Part shown: positions 9,481 through 20,207 of the stretch, in pieces
Layout: every line of letters begins with the position of its first letter
Position numbering within the stretch: position 1 is the stretch's first letter
Assembly: GCA_965262615.1 (NCBI GenBank)
Contig: OZ253545.1
Coordinates: 96,001-160,000, forward strand
DNA: 64,000 nt
Source of the DNA: Alphaproteobacteria bacterium
GTDB lineage: Bacteria; Pseudomonadota; Alphaproteobacteria; GM7ARS4; G965262615
Reading direction: 5' to 3'
Position numbers and translations under genes: made by a program
Notes under the pieces: model-generated
The model's database searches: none
Told to the model about the DNA's origin: nothing
What the model saw: the letters and a program-made list of their open reading frames with translations, nothing else

Positions 9481-11662
9481 CCAATCCGATAAAGTTGATT
9501 TTCACGCTGACAGTATCATGAGAAGCGGCATCTCCATCCCTCACGAATTCTCTCTCAAAAGCGACCGCAACATTAATGCAGTCACGCTGATAGCGCACGA
9601 ATGCACCGTAACGCACACTCTGTCCTTTGGCAACATTATACCGCCCATGACCACCCCATTGCCAATCCTCAAACAACGCCAGAGAAAGATGACCATTCAA
9701 TTCATGAGCGCGCTGTTGTTCGGTGTACTGATATTGTGTCATGAACGAAAAGTCGTCTTCTCGCCAAAAGGTGGAGAGGCTCTGATAAGGAAATGCATGC
9801 CCCCCCCTTGCTATATCTTTGATGTTGAATTGATAGTGAATTCCCTGCTCCTTGCGCCATCGCCATGTGATGCCTCCTGCGATATCGGTTCTGCGATTGC
9901 CAAGTGGGTGCGGCAAGGAATTGTCTTTATGCACCCGCATACTCTGTCCGAGCCGAAAGAAAAGACTCTCCCCATCATCTCGTCCAAAATGAGCATCAAA
10001 CCCATAGTCAACACGCCCGCCCCCTTCCACAATATCATCCCCCGCAAGGCGATGAATCCTGAATAGCCGACTGCTATCAAAAGAAAAAAGCCCGTTGTCT
10101 CGAGGCGTGACAATATTATTGCGCACATTGTTCGGAGCAAGGGTGAACAACAAACGCGGCTCAAGAACAAACCAATCAATACCGCCATCCTCATACAGAG
10201 GATAGCGTGCTGTGAGCGAGGCGCGCGGAATAAATCGCACACTGCGATCACTGGGCGAGATCTGAGGATGATGCTCATAGTGATAAAAATCGGCTCTGGT
10301 CTCCAGTTGGGTTGTCACCCTCAATCCTTGCCAGAACATCACCGCCTCCCAGTTCATATTGCCAATGATGCGCTGCGATAGAGACTCACCACCATAGAGT
10401 AAATTTCTCACATCCAGCGCGCCCTGCCAGCGTTGGTCATCATCATTGTAAGGCGAGAGTGCCGTCACGCGAAAGTGCGGGAGCACGGAAGGATTGGTAC
10501 GAGAATGAACGGGACGCAAATCTTGAAAATAAGAGGCGTTCAGACGAGTGTGAATGTGAGAATCATCATAATTGATGAAGGCTTGAGAGTGCACATCCTG
10601 CCTGTCCCTGTCATCGGTGATCAGACTGTATCGTTTCAGATAGGTTCGCTGAGAGATCCATTGTCCGTCCCAGCCCATGTGCCATCCGTGACTGCCGCCG
10701 AATTGGGCTTTTGAGTTCACATGTCCGAGCCACTGCCCTGCCACATCGCCATCTCGGTCGTCATAGGACAGACTGCTCGCAAACTGGACGGTGCTATGGG
10801 TGAAATTATGCCGTCCCGATGCCATAAACAACGCCCCTTCTCGCGACACATAGCCGGGCGTGATGGTCACATCGCCATAAGGCGAATAGGCCACATAAAT
10901 GGGCACAGCCACCACACTGCCCAACAATGATGAATAGTCCAACAGGGGACGCAACAAGCCACTGCGTCTTTTGACGGTGGGATCGGGCGTGATGTAATAG
11001 GGCAGATAAAAAACGGGCACATCATAAATCTCCAGCACCGCATGATGATAAATCATATCCTGAGCCTGCTCATCGTGAATGATGGTGTCGGCTTTGATTT
11101 TCCATGGCAGAACGGAGCTCTCATCACAGGGGCGACAACTGCTATAGACCGCCTGACTGAGATGATTTTCATTGCCATTGATGCGAATGGCACTGCGTGC
11201 GGCAAATCGTCCATCCTTGAGAATCATGCGCAGCTGACTGATGATGCCATTTTCCAGCTGGTCATCCAACACCGCATGGCGACCGTAGATGATGGTGTCG
11301 TTGGGGGTGAGCAGGCGCACATTGCCCTCCACGCGCGCACGCTCCTCGTCTTCGGAAAACAGCACCCTATCGGCGGTGAGAACATAATCACCATACACCA
11401 TTTCCACATTGCCGATGGCGTAAAAGAGTTTCTCCTTTTCGTCATGAGTCAGGGAATCGGCAGTGATATAAAGCTGCTGGTTTTGTTCATCATTGGCATG
11501 GGCGGTGTGTATCATGATGATTGCCCATAAGATTGTCCATGGGATTGCCCGCATCATTTTAGGCATCTTCTTCTCGCAAAATGAGCAAAAAGGACAACGA
11601 TATTGCCAGCAACGGCGGAATGGCGGCGGCGGCAAAGAGAGGCATGCGTCCAAGAATGGCAA
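9464..11662 (-). CDS. lptD: LPS assembly protein LptD (true start probably near 11557)
   Basis: OstA N-domain (ITADSL, GNVE), YSSCRPC, VPVFYLPY, PDPTVKRRSGLL. Confidence 0.92.
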   Translation of the reverse strand: MPFLDACLSLPPPPFRRCWQYRCPFCSFCEKKMPKMMRAIPWTILWAIIMIHTAHANDEQNQQLYITADSLTHDEKEKLFYAIGNVEMVYGDYVLTADRVLFSEDEERARVEGNVRLLTPNDTIIYGRHAVLDDQLENGIISQLRMILKDGRFAARSAIRINGNENHLSQAVYSSCRPCDESSVLPWKIKADTIIHDEQAQDMIYHHAVLEIYDVPVFYLPYYITPDPTVKRRSGLLRPLLDYSSLLGSVVAVPIYVAYSPYGDVTITPGYVSREGALFMASGRHNFTHSTVQFASSLSYDDRDGDVAGQWLGHVNSKAQFGGSHGWHMGWDGQWISQRTYLKRYSLITDDRDRQDVHSQAFINYDDSHIHTRLNASYFQDLRPVHSRTNPSVLPHFRVTALSPYNDDDQRWQGALDVRNLLYGGESLSQRIIGNMNWEAVMFWQGLRVTTQLETRADFYHYEHHPQISPSDRSVRFIPRASLTARYPLYEDGGIDWFVLEPRLLFTLAPNNVRNNIVTPRDNGLFSFDSSRLFRIHRLAGDDIVEGGGRVDYGFDAHFGRDDGESLFFRLGQSMRVHKDNSLPHPLGNRRTDIAGGITWRWRKEQGIHYQFNIKDIARGGHAFPYQSLSTFWREDDFSFMTQYQYTEQQRAHELNGHLSLALFEDWQWGGHGRYNVAKGQSVRYGAFVRYQRDCINVAVAFEREFVRDGDAASHDTVSVKINFIGLGGDEF

Positions 11663-12680
11663 TGTTCTCCAGAAGTGCCGCGCCCTGAAAGAGAAAAAAG
11701 CCAGATGCCAAACCCAGCGTCACATCACGCACACGATGCTGATTGCTATGCAAAGAAAACGCAACCCCCAGCAATGCAGTCGCCAACGCCAGCAACGGCA
11801 TCAACCATAACTGGTAATAATGAAACAGATGCTCCTGTGAGGAAAAACCAGTCTGTTCCATGATGGAGATAAATTCCAAAAAATTCCAAAAAGAAACCGA
11901 CTCAGGGGGCAGAAAATTATCCTGCAACAAGGAAAAATTGATGCGGGTGGGATAGAGAAGCACATTTTGCTTGTGCGGCATGTCATCGCCTTGGTTCAGA
12001 ATATGGACATTTTCCAGTTGCCAGACTCCGTCTTTGACGATGGCATGAGTGGCATCAATGCGCTGCCCGAGCTGATAATCACTGGTAAAGAAAAAAATGG
12101 TCACATCCCGCAATTGAGATGAATTTTCATCAATGCGCCGCACATGAATGATTTGCGGTGGCAGTGGCGAGGATGTTTCCTGCCGTTCGGTGAGCCACAA
12201 TCCCACCTCGGATATGGAGATGACGCTGTTTTGTCCTTTAATCTCGCGACTTTTGATATCTTCCGCAACCCGATAAGAAGTGGCGGCTAAGGGATTAATC
12301 ACGGTAAAGCCAATGATGCCAAGCACACATGAGGCGAGGGTGACAGGAATCATAAATTGCCACGCAGAGCACCCACAGGCGCGCGCAACAATGAGCTCAC
12401 CATGGCGATTGAGAGAAAAGAAGGTGTAGAGGCTACCCAGAAGGATGGCAAAGGGAAGAATTTTCACCAACAAGAACGGCAGACGCAACACAGTGACGAT
12501 GATGAAATTGTCCAATGGAATATCATAGCCTCCGAATCGCCGATTGAGTTCAAGAAAATCAAAGCAAAAGGCAAAAAAGACAAACACCACCAGCGACGCA
12601 CCAAAGCCCAGCAGGAAACGATTCAAAATATAGCGAGAAAGTGTCAGAGGAATCATGAGGAACGGATGCGTGTGCGCCAA
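11559..12680 (-). CDS. lptG: LPS export permease LptG
   Basis: TLSRYILNRF and LNRHGELIVARACG (YjgP/YjgQ family); adjacent to lptF. Confidence 0.88.
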   Translation of the reverse strand: MAHTHPFLMIPLTLSRYILNRFLLGFGASLVVFVFFAFCFDFLELNRRFGGYDIPLDNFIIVTVLRLPFLLVKILPFAILLGSLYTFFSLNRHGELIVARACGCSAWQFMIPVTLASCVLGIIGFTVINPLAATSYRVAEDIKSREIKGQNSVISISEVGLWLTERQETSSPLPPQIIHVRRIDENSSQLRDVTIFFFTSDYQLGQRIDATHAIVKDGVWQLENVHILNQGDDMPHKQNVLLYPTRINFSLLQDNFLPPESVSFWNFLEFISIMEQTGFSSQEHLFHYYQLWLMPLLALATALLGVAFSLHSNQHRVRDVTLGLASGFFLFQGAALLENIAILGRMPLFAAAAIPPLLAISLSFLLILREEDA

Positions 12681-13807
12681 CGCATGCGTCTGAGGCGATG
12701 GGCAAGGAAATCAAAAGGCACAGGGCGATACAAATAAGCCGCACAAGTCACTGCCAGCATGGTGAGAGTCACATAGGCAGCAATGGCGAAGAACGGAAAG
12801 GATCTGTTGAGATGGACAAAACTCACCAGCATCACATGCACCGCCAGAGCAAGGACAGAGATCATGAGGATGCTTCTGGCACTGTCGCCACGACTGACAC
12901 CTTTGGCGGAGAAAATTGCCATCGCAAGAAGCGCGTACACAATGATGGAAAACGGCAACAGAATGCGCCGATGAATCTCACTGATAAAATCCCTTCGGGT
13001 TGCTTTTGACACATCATCTTGAGGAAATTGCAATTCATGAAGATACCGCTCTTCCATGCGCCTGCTACGCGAATTTTGAGCTTGATTGGTGACATCAAGA
13101 TCAAAAGTGTAATAATCAAAGGCGAGTTCGGATAATTGTCTGTTGTCTTTGGTGAGTTCCTGTCGCGTGCCATTGACCAGTTTAAATCGCACTCCTTGTG
13201 ATATTTTTTGCAGTTGTGCTTCTTGTGCCATGAGTGTGATTTCTTTGTCTTTTTTTCTGCCATCGTAGATGAACAATCCTTTTCGGCTTTGGGCATCGCT
13301 TTGTTGGGGCAGATACAAAAGGACACTGTTTCCCAATTGGCTGAATTGTCCCGTTTTGATGGGAGACGACAACAAATTAGCTCCCACATAATGTTGAATG
13401 TCTCGGACGATTCTGTATCCGGAGGGCGTGGCATAGAAATTGATGTAGAGGGAGAACAGGCTCACAATGAGAGCCAGTGCCAAGATGGGCTTGGCGATGG
13501 CGGCGTGAGATTGTCCACTGGCGCGCATGGCAATCAATTCACTGCTGACGGTGAGATGATGCAGGGTGTAAAGGGTGGCAAAAAGGAAAGAAAGAGGCAG
13601 CAGCAATTCCAAAAAGGAAGGCATCCGATGGAGCGACAGCGTGAGAAAGGTGTGCAGCGGCACACCATGGATGAGAACAATCTCAAGCAATTGGGGCGAT
13701 TTGACAAGCCACGCCACACCCGCCACCGCCAGAGTAATGAGGAGAAAACTGGTGACAAGAATTCTAAAATTATGACGAAAAATGATGGTCATAATGTCTT
13801 TTATCAT
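12653..13807 (-). CDS. lptF: LPS export permease LptF
   Basis: SSELIAMRASG, GQFSQL, SEIHRRILLP; divergent from pepA as in the conserved locus. Confidence 0.88.
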   Translation of the reverse strand: MIKDIMTIIFRHNFRILVTSFLLITLAVAGVAWLVKSPQLLEIVLIHGVPLHTFLTLSLHRMPSFLELLLPLSFLFATLYTLHHLTVSSELIAMRASGQSHAAIAKPILALALIVSLFSLYINFYATPSGYRIVRDIQHYVGANLLSSPIKTGQFSQLGNSVLLYLPQQSDAQSRKGLFIYDGRKKDKEITLMAQEAQLQKISQGVRFKLVNGTRQELTKDNRQLSELAFDYYTFDLDVTNQAQNSRSRRMEERYLHELQFPQDDVSKATRRDFISEIHRRILLPFSIIVYALLAMAIFSAKGVSRGDSARSILMISVLALAVHVMLVSFVHLNRSFPFFAIAAYVTLTMLAVTCAAYLYRPVPFDFLAHRLRRMRWRTRIRSS

Positions 13808-13878
13808 TATGTGGATGGATTTTGAAAGGGTGATGTGTTATGGCATAAACAATCGACCACCCGCAATGGAGCACAACC

Positions 13879-15363
13879 ATGACCACAATGACCTTTAGCA
13901 AACACTCCACAATGGGCACAGATGATTGTATTTTTTCACTGGCAAGTGACGGCTCTTTGGGAGTCGTGGCACAAAAGTTAAATGACGACTGTGGGGGCTT
14001 GGTGCAAAAAGCGGTGAGCAAGGCGCGCCTTGCGCCATCGTCGGTGGTGACGGTGACCGATTCCAATTGCCGTCATTTGGTGGGGCTGGTGGCGAGCAAG
14101 CCAGATGACAAAGACAAGGAATCGTCACTGACGGAGGCTCTGATGTTTGGCGGCAAGGCGTACGAGACAGCCCATCTGTTGGGAATGGAAAAATTCGTCT
14201 GTGTGTTTGAGCCGAAGGACAAGGTGTGCAGTGCTTCAGAAGCCTCATGGGTGGCGATGGGGGCGAGCCTGAAGGCGCATCGCTTTGACCGCTACCGCAG
14301 TCAATTGAAGGATGACGAAAAGCCGTGCGTCAAACAATTGGAAATTGTCTGTGACGATGAAAAAGATGCCACATCCCTTTGGAAGCGAGAACAAAATCTT
14401 GTGGAGGGGGTGTGTCTGGCGCGTGATTTGGTGTTTGAGCCTGCCAATGTGCTGACTCCCAAACAATTTGCTCAGCAGTGTGATGAGCTGAAAAAGCTGG
14501 GTGTGACGGTGGAGATTTTTGACAAAAAGAAATTGACTCAATTGAAGATGGGCGCGCTGCTGGGCGTGGCTCAGGGAAGTGCCAATGAGCCTTATGTGGC
14601 GATTATGCAGTGGAACGGCGGTGCGCAAGAAAAGCCTTTGGCGTTTATCGGCAAGGGGGTGACTTTTGATACCGGCGGCATTTCCATCAAGCCCTCATCC
14701 GGCATGGAAGAGATGAAGATGGACATGGCGGGCGCGGCGGCGGTCACGGGACTCATGCGCTGTCTTGCGGGACGCAAAGCCAAAGTCAATGCCATCGGCA
14801 TGGTGGGGCTGGTGGAAAACATGCCATCTTCCACCGCTCAACGCCCTGGTGATATTGTGCACTCCTATTCCCAACAAACCATTGAGGTGCTCAACACCGA
14901 TGCCGAAGGGCGACTGGTGCTGGCGGATTTGCTCAGCTATTGCAATGAGAAATTTGAGCCACAACTGATGATCAATCTTGCCACTCTCACGGGGGCGATT
15001 ATTGTCGCCTTGGGCAATGACCATGCGGGATTGTTTTCAAACGATGACCAATTGGCACAGCGTCTGCAAGATGCCGCCACACGCACCGGAGAAGACTTAT
15101 GGCGACTGCCCCTTGGCAAGAATTTTGACAAAATGCTGGATAGTGCCATCGCCGATATGCAGAACATCACCAACAAACGGGGGGCGGGAAGCATCACGGC
15201 GGCGCAGTTTTTGCATCGCTTTGTGGGCAAAACGCCGTGGGCGCATCTGGATATTGCGGGCGTTGCGTGGAGCGAAAAACCCACCCCTATTTCTGCCAAA
15301 GGCGGCAGTGGCTACGGGGTGCGTCTGCTGGATGAATTCGTGAGACAAAACTATGAAGGGTGA
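13879..15363 (+). CDS. pepA: Leucyl aminopeptidase
   Basis: GKGVTFDTGG, MKMDMAG, NTDAEGRL, ATLTGA, WAHLDIAG. Confidence 0.97.
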   Translation: MTTMTFSKHSTMGTDDCIFSLASDGSLGVVAQKLNDDCGGLVQKAVSKARLAPSSVVTVTDSNCRHLVGLVASKPDDKDKESSLTEALMFGGKAYETAHLLGMEKFVCVFEPKDKVCSASEASWVAMGASLKAHRFDRYRSQLKDDEKPCVKQLEIVCDDEKDATSLWKREQNLVEGVCLARDLVFEPANVLTPKQFAQQCDELKKLGVTVEIFDKKKLTQLKMGALLGVAQGSANEPYVAIMQWNGGAQEKPLAFIGKGVTFDTGGISIKPSSGMEEMKMDMAGAAAVTGLMRCLAGRKAKVNAIGMVGLVENMPSSTAQRPGDIVHSYSQQTIEVLNTDAEGRLVLADLLSYCNEKFEPQLMINLATLTGAIIVALGNDHAGLFSNDDQLAQRLQDAATRTGEDLWRLPLGKNFDKMLDSAIADMQNITNKRGAGSITAAQFLHRFVGKTPWAHLDIAGVAWSEKPTPISAKGGSGYGVRLLDEFVRQNYEG

Positions 15364-15838
15364 GGGCTCATTCTATTATGTGCCGTCCGCATTTTATGAA
15401 CGCAGCCTCTTTGTCTTGCTGGAGAAAATACTGAGTGCCAATGAGCGCGCCCTTGTGAGAGTCAAGGATGAGACGCGCGCAAGCGAGCTGGATGATGTTT
15501 TGTGGAAAATAAAACAAGAGGCTTTTTTGCCTCACGGCGCACAGGGCGATGATGAGGCAGAAGCCGCACTGTGTCCCATTTGGATCAGCTTCCAAGATGA
15601 TAATCCCAATGACAGCACCATTCTCCTGTTGCTGGATGACACGAACGATGACCAGATTCACCTCACGCGCCACATGGCATTGGTGCGTGATGATGTCCCC
15701 GATGCCTTGCATCATGCGTTCCAATTGTGGCACAAGTGGCACAGCCGTGATTGGACGGTGAACGGATTTCATCAGGCAAGCGGACAGAAATCTTGGCAGA
15801 AGCTGAGTGAGCCTTTACGGGAGGGATGGGCATCATGA
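15353..15838 (+). CDS. holC: DNA polymerase III chi subunit
   Basis: LDDVLW...FLPHG motif; follows pepA. Confidence 0.85.
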   Translation: MKGEGSFYYVPSAFYERSLFVLLEKILSANERALVRVKDETRASELDDVLWKIKQEAFLPHGAQGDDEAEAALCPIWISFQDDNPNDSTILLLLDDTNDDQIHLTRHMALVRDDVPDALHHAFQLWHKWHSRDWTVNGFHQASGQKSWQKLSEPLREGWAS

Positions 15839-16254
15839 CCATGCAACAAACATTGTGCATCATCAAACCAGATGCGGTGCAGCGTCAATTGGAGGATGCC
15901 ATCAATGACATGATTGTGGCGGCAGGACTCACCATTCGTGAGCAAAAGCGTCTGCGTCTCACCCAAGAACAGGCACAGAAGTTTTATGCCGTTCATAAAG
16001 AGCGTCCGTTCTTTGATGATTTATGTCGCTTCATGACCAGTGGTGATGTGGTGGTGCAATGGCTGGAAGGTGATGATGCCGTTCAGCGGTATCGCACTCT
16101 CATGGGGGCGACCAATCCCAGCGAGGCGGCGGCCGGCACGATTCGCGCCGCGCACGGACAATCTATTGAAGCCAATTCGGTGCATGGCTCTGACTCATTG
16201 GACAATGCCCAACAAGAAATCGCCTTCTTTTTTGAGTCACACCAGCAACAATGA
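15835..16254 (+). CDS. ndk: Nucleoside diphosphate kinase
   Basis: [31 protein letters not shown]. Confidence 0.97.
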   Translation: MTMQQTLCIIKPDAVQRQLEDAINDMIVAAGLTIREQKRLRLTQEQAQKFYAVHKERPFFDDLCRFMTSGDVVVQWLEGDDAVQRYRTLMGATNPSEAAAGTIRAAHGQSIEANSVHGSDSLDNAQQEIAFFFESHQQQ

Positions 16255-16362
16255 CAAACCACACAGCAACACCACCCCGCCCATGCAGGAAAAAACCACC
16301 GCGCGGCGAAACAAGAGCCAGTTCTCCGTGTGACGCTTTAACTCTTTGGGGTCAACATTCAT
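16237..16362 (-). CDS. Putative 41-aa single-TM protein resembling aa3-type cytochrome c oxidase subunit IV
   Basis: [41 protein letters not shown] has an H-x3-W-x2-F pattern followed by a C-terminal TM helix, and it fills the ndk-hisE gap. Confidence 0.5.
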   Translation of the reverse strand: MNVDPKELKRHTENWLLFRRAVVFSCMGGVVLLCGLSLLLV

Positions 16363-16717
16363 GATGCCATCCCTAACAAAAAATAACGACAAAAACAAGA
16401 GCCCGTCCGCCGCCATTTTAGACGAACTGAGCGACACCATCGCCGCGCGCCGCCATGCATCACCCGATTCATCATGGACGGCGCAATTGCTCGGCAAGGG
16501 CGTGCCTGCCGTCTCACAAAAATTGGGCGAAGAAGCCATTGAGACCATCATTGCCGCACAGCAATCACCGCAGCGACTGGTTGAAGAGAGTGCCGATCTT
16601 TTGTATCACTTGCTGGTGCTGTGGCAGGCGGCGGGTGTGAATCGCGATGATGTGTGGCGGTGTCTGGCATCACGGCAGGGCACATCAGGCATTGAAGAGA
16701 AAAAGAAGCGTCCATGA
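16361..16717 (+). CDS. hisE: Phosphoribosyl-ATP diphosphatase
   Basis: SWTAQLL, KLGEEAIE, ESADLLYHL; exact start uncertain. Confidence 0.93.
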   Translation: MMPSLTKNNDKNKSPSAAILDELSDTIAARRHASPDSSWTAQLLGKGVPAVSQKLGEEAIETIIAAQQSPQRLVEESADLLYHLLVLWQAAGVNRDDVWRCLASRQGTSGIEEKKKRP

Positions 16718-17091
16718 ACCCTACGAGTTATGACACCAACAATGTTTTTGCCAAGATTGTGCGCGGCGAGATTCCGTGCAAAAAAATCTTTGAAAATGAC
16801 CATGTGCTGGCTTTTGAGGACATTCAGCCGCAACGGGTCATTCATTTTTTGCTCATTCCCAAAAAACCCTTCGCCGATTTGAATGACTTTGCCGCCACCG
16901 CCGATGATGCCTTGTGCGTGGCGTTTTGGCGCGCCGCCGCCCACATCGCCAAAGAGCATCATCTGGATGAAAAAGGCTGGCGGCTTATTATCAATTGCGG
17001 AGAGCATGGACGCCAAGAAGTCCCCCATGTGCATGCTCATATCATTGGCGGCGAGGATGTGGGGGCAATGCTCACACCATCCTCATCATAG
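16714..17091 (+). CDS. HIT family (histidine triad) nucleotide-binding protein
   Basis: FAKIVRGEIP and QEVPHVHAHIIGG. Confidence 0.93.
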   Translation: MNPTSYDTNNVFAKIVRGEIPCKKIFENDHVLAFEDIQPQRVIHFLLIPKKPFADLNDFAATADDALCVAFWRAAAHIAKEHHLDEKGWRLIINCGEHGRQEVPHVHAHIIGGEDVGAMLTPSSS

Positions 17092-17099
17092 AAGTCCTC

Positions 17100-18410
17100 A
17101 TGATGCCATCTCTTTCTTTTTGGTGGGTTGTTCCCTTTGTGGGCTTGTTATTGTCCATCGCCATTATTCCCATCGTGTCGGCATCGTTTTGGCATCATCG
17201 GCATGGCTTGGTGTCGTTTGTGTGGGCATTGGTGTTTTTGCTTCCCTATTGTTTTGCCTTTGGGCTCAGTCACGCGGTGCATGACATTGCCCATGTTTTT
17301 TTTCTTGAGTATATGCCCTTTGTTATTTTGCTTGCTGCTTTGTATGTCATCTCGGGCGGCATTCATATTGGCGGACGCTTGCAGCCGTCACCTTCCCTCA
17401 ACACGGGAATTTTGGCGTTTGGCACACTGATTGCCAGTTGGACAGGCACGACAGGGGCGGCGATGCTGCTCATTCGTCCTATTTTGGATATCAATCGCGC
17501 CAGACGCTATCAGGCTCATGTGGTAATTTTTTTCATTTTTCTGGTGGCAAACATTGGCGGTGCGCTCACACCTCTGGGCGACCCTCCTTTGTTTTTAGGA
17601 TTTTTGAACGGGGTGGATTTTTTCTGGACAACCGACACATTATTTCCCCCCATGCTGCTCTTGAGCGTTGCATTGCTCGGAATTTTTTGGCTGGTGGATC
17701 GCTACTATTTCGCTCAAGAGGGCGGGGTGCAAAAAAAGCAAGCAAAAACATCGAAACGTCTGATTGACATCAGCGGTGGATTCAATGGATTGTTGCTCAT
17801 TGGCGTGGTGCTGGCGGTGCTGGCGAGTGGCAGCTTCAATTATGGCACGGTGCATTTTTTGGTGGATATTCCCGTCATGGGCTTGGTGCGTGATGGCATT
17901 TTGCTGCTGCTACTGTTTGCCTCACTGCGTTTGACTTCCGCCGCCATTCGGGAGCGCAATCAGTTTGATTGGTTTCCCATGAAGGAGGTGGCACAATTGT
18001 TTGCGGGAATTTTCGTCACCATCATTCCCGCCATTGCCATTTTGAAAGAGCTGTCGCCGATGATTCACGACATGGAGTTTTCCGTGCCGATGGCGGCGGT
18101 GGTGTTTTGGTCGACGGGTTTGCTGTCCAGCGTTTTGGATAATGCCCCCACCTACTTGGTGTTTTTCAACGCCTTTGGCGGTGATGCTCAGATTTTGATG
18201 AATGAGGATGCCCTGTTGCTGATGGCAATCTCTGCTGGAGCGGTGTTCATGGGCGCGCTCACATACATCGGCAATGCCCCCAATTTCATGGTGCGCTCCA
18301 TTGCCGTGCAGCGCAAAGTGGCAATGCCCAGCTTTTTTGGCTATATGGCGATTGCCTGTGCTGTTTTGTTTCCATTGTTCGCCATTGTCACGGTGATTTG
18401 GTTTCTGTGA
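17100..18410 (+). CDS. Ion-transporter superfamily permease (putative citrate transporter / sodium:proton antiporter)
   Basis: Many TM segments; NIGGALTPLGDPPLFLG, LDNAPTY, GALTYIGNAPNFMV. Confidence 0.8.
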   Translation: MMPSLSFWWVVPFVGLLLSIAIIPIVSASFWHHRHGLVSFVWALVFLLPYCFAFGLSHAVHDIAHVFFLEYMPFVILLAALYVISGGIHIGGRLQPSPSLNTGILAFGTLIASWTGTTGAAMLLIRPILDINRARRYQAHVVIFFIFLVANIGGALTPLGDPPLFLGFLNGVDFFWTTDTLFPPMLLLSVALLGIFWLVDRYYFAQEGGVQKKQAKTSKRLIDISGGFNGLLLIGVVLAVLASGSFNYGTVHFLVDIPVMGLVRDGILLLLLFASLRLTSAAIRERNQFDWFPMKEVAQLFAGIFVTIIPAIAILKELSPMIHDMEFSVPMAAVVFWSTGLLSSVLDNAPTYLVFFNAFGGDAQILMNEDALLLMAISAGAVFMGALTYIGNAPNFMVRSIAVQRKVAMPSFFGYMAIACAVLFPLFAIVTVIWFL

Positions 18411-18498
18411 GAAAAAACGCGAGCAATTGTTACTTGGTGCAACACAAAAAAAGATGGCATCTCTTGATTTTTTCGCGAATGATACGCATACTGGAACG

Positions 18499-19458
18499 AT
18501 GCACTATCTTGAGTTTGAAAAACCCCTGTACGACCTGGAAGCCAAACTAAGTGAACTGCAACGGCTCGGACGAAAAGAGGGCGTTGCCATCGGCAAGGAT
18601 GTCACCCGCCTGCAAGGCAAAATCGCCCACTTCCTCAAACAAACATATGCCCAACTAGACCCTTGGCAAAAGGTGCAGGTGGCGCGCCATCCCGACCGCC
18701 CTCACACCGTGGATTACATCAAGCACCTGCTGCACGATTTCACGCCACTAGCGGGAGACAAACGCTTTGGCGATGATGCCGCGCTCATTGGCGGCATGGG
18801 CAGATTCAGAGGACGCTCGGTGTGTCTGTTGGGACACGAAAAAGGCTACGATTCCGCCACCCGTGTGCATCACAATTTCGGCATGCCGCGCCCTGAGGGC
18901 TATCGCAAAGCCATTCGTCTGATGGAAATGGCGGATCGTTTTTCCCTTCCCATCGTCACCCTTGTGGATACCCCTGGGGCGTATCCCGGTGTTGATGCCG
19001 AACAGCGCGGTCAAGCCGAAGCCATTGCCGCCAGCATTGCCCATTGTCTTGAGGTGAATGTTCCCATCGTCAGCATTGTCATCGGTGAGGGCGGCTCGGG
19101 CGGAGCCATTGCCATTGCCACGGCCAATCGTGTCACCATGCTGGAGCATGCGGTGTATTCGGTCATTTCCCCCGAGGGATGCTCGTCTATTTTGTGGCGC
19201 AGCAAGGAGCGCGCTCGTGATGCCGCCCGTGCCATGAAAATGACCGCCCAAGATTTGCTCGCCATGAACCTCATTGATGACATCATTCCCGAACCCATCG
19301 GCGGCGCACACAGAGATAAGAATGAAACCATTCACAAGGTGGGCAACGCCATTGAGCAATCATTGGAGAGCCTGATTGGCTCTGACATCACATCGTTTCG
19401 GCAACATCGCCATGACAAATTCATGGCGATGGGAAACCAATTTCTGCTGACTTCATAA
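18499..19458 (+). CDS. accA: Acetyl-CoA carboxylase carboxyltransferase alpha subunit
   Basis: YLEFEKP, ARHPDRP, DTPGAYPG, GEGGSGGA, YSVISPEGC. Confidence 0.97.
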   Translation: MHYLEFEKPLYDLEAKLSELQRLGRKEGVAIGKDVTRLQGKIAHFLKQTYAQLDPWQKVQVARHPDRPHTVDYIKHLLHDFTPLAGDKRFGDDAALIGGMGRFRGRSVCLLGHEKGYDSATRVHHNFGMPRPEGYRKAIRLMEMADRFSLPIVTLVDTPGAYPGVDAEQRGQAEAIAASIAHCLEVNVPIVSIVIGEGGSGGAIAIATANRVTMLEHAVYSVISPEGCSSILWRSKERARDAARAMKMTAQDLLAMNLIDDIIPEPIGGAHRDKNETIHKVGNAIEQSLESLIGSDITSFRQHRHDKFMAMGNQFLLTS

Positions 19459-19532
19459 AGTCGCTCATTCATCATCTTTTCAGTTTTTTTTGCTAGGGGT
19501 GCTTTCATCACAACCTTGATGGGAGTTTTTTT

Positions 19533-20192
19533 ATGACTATGAATCGTTTTTTGTGTGGCGCGATCACTGTTTTTGGTCTTTTATTGTCGCCAATTGCCCA
19601 CGCGCACAAATCTGGCAATGTGTATCTGCAGGTGACTGTGGGCGCGTCGGCTTTGAGTGACAAAAGCTTCAATCGCGTGGATGACAACACCACCCCTTAT
19701 GATGCCTCGTTTGATGCAGGGCTCGCCTCATTTGCCGCACTGGGCTACTATGTGACTCGCCACTGGGCGATTGAATTCACAGGGGGCATCATCGGCAATG
19801 ACATCAAATCCGTCACGCCTCGTGACGATGACGCGAAAGTAGAAAACTTTGCCTCTGTGCCATTGATGGTGAATGGCATTTATCATTTTGCCCCCGTGAG
19901 CAAGCAATTGTTGCTGCGTCCCTATGGCGGATTCGGTGTCGGCGTGATTCAGGAACTAGACATTGACATTGATGACACGGTGGAACTGCAACGCAAAAAC
20001 AGATTCGCCTATCAATTCATCGGCGGCGTTGCCTATTCGGTTCATAGCAACATTGATCTCACCATGGACATTCGCTACATGCGGGTGGAGAAAACCACCC
20101 TGAAACAACAGGGCGGCAACCAGCGCATCACCGAAATTGATTACGACCCAGTAACAATTAATTTCGGCATCAGCTACCACTTTGAGTTGTAA
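19533..20192 (+). CDS. Outer membrane beta-barrel protein (OmpW/OmpA-like 8-stranded)
   Basis: Signal peptide, PYGGFGVG, FAYQFIGGVAY, C-terminal GISYHF barrel signature. Confidence 0.8.
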   Translation: MTMNRFLCGAITVFGLLLSPIAHAHKSGNVYLQVTVGASALSDKSFNRVDDNTTPYDASFDAGLASFAALGYYVTRHWAIEFTGGIIGNDIKSVTPRDDDAKVENFASVPLMVNGIYHFAPVSKQLLLRPYGGFGVGVIQELDIDIDDTVELQRKNRFAYQFIGGVAYSVHSNIDLTMDIRYMRVEKTTLKQQGGNQRITEIDYDPVTINFGISYHFEL

Positions 20193-20207
20193 GAGGTGCT
20201 ACTTTTT

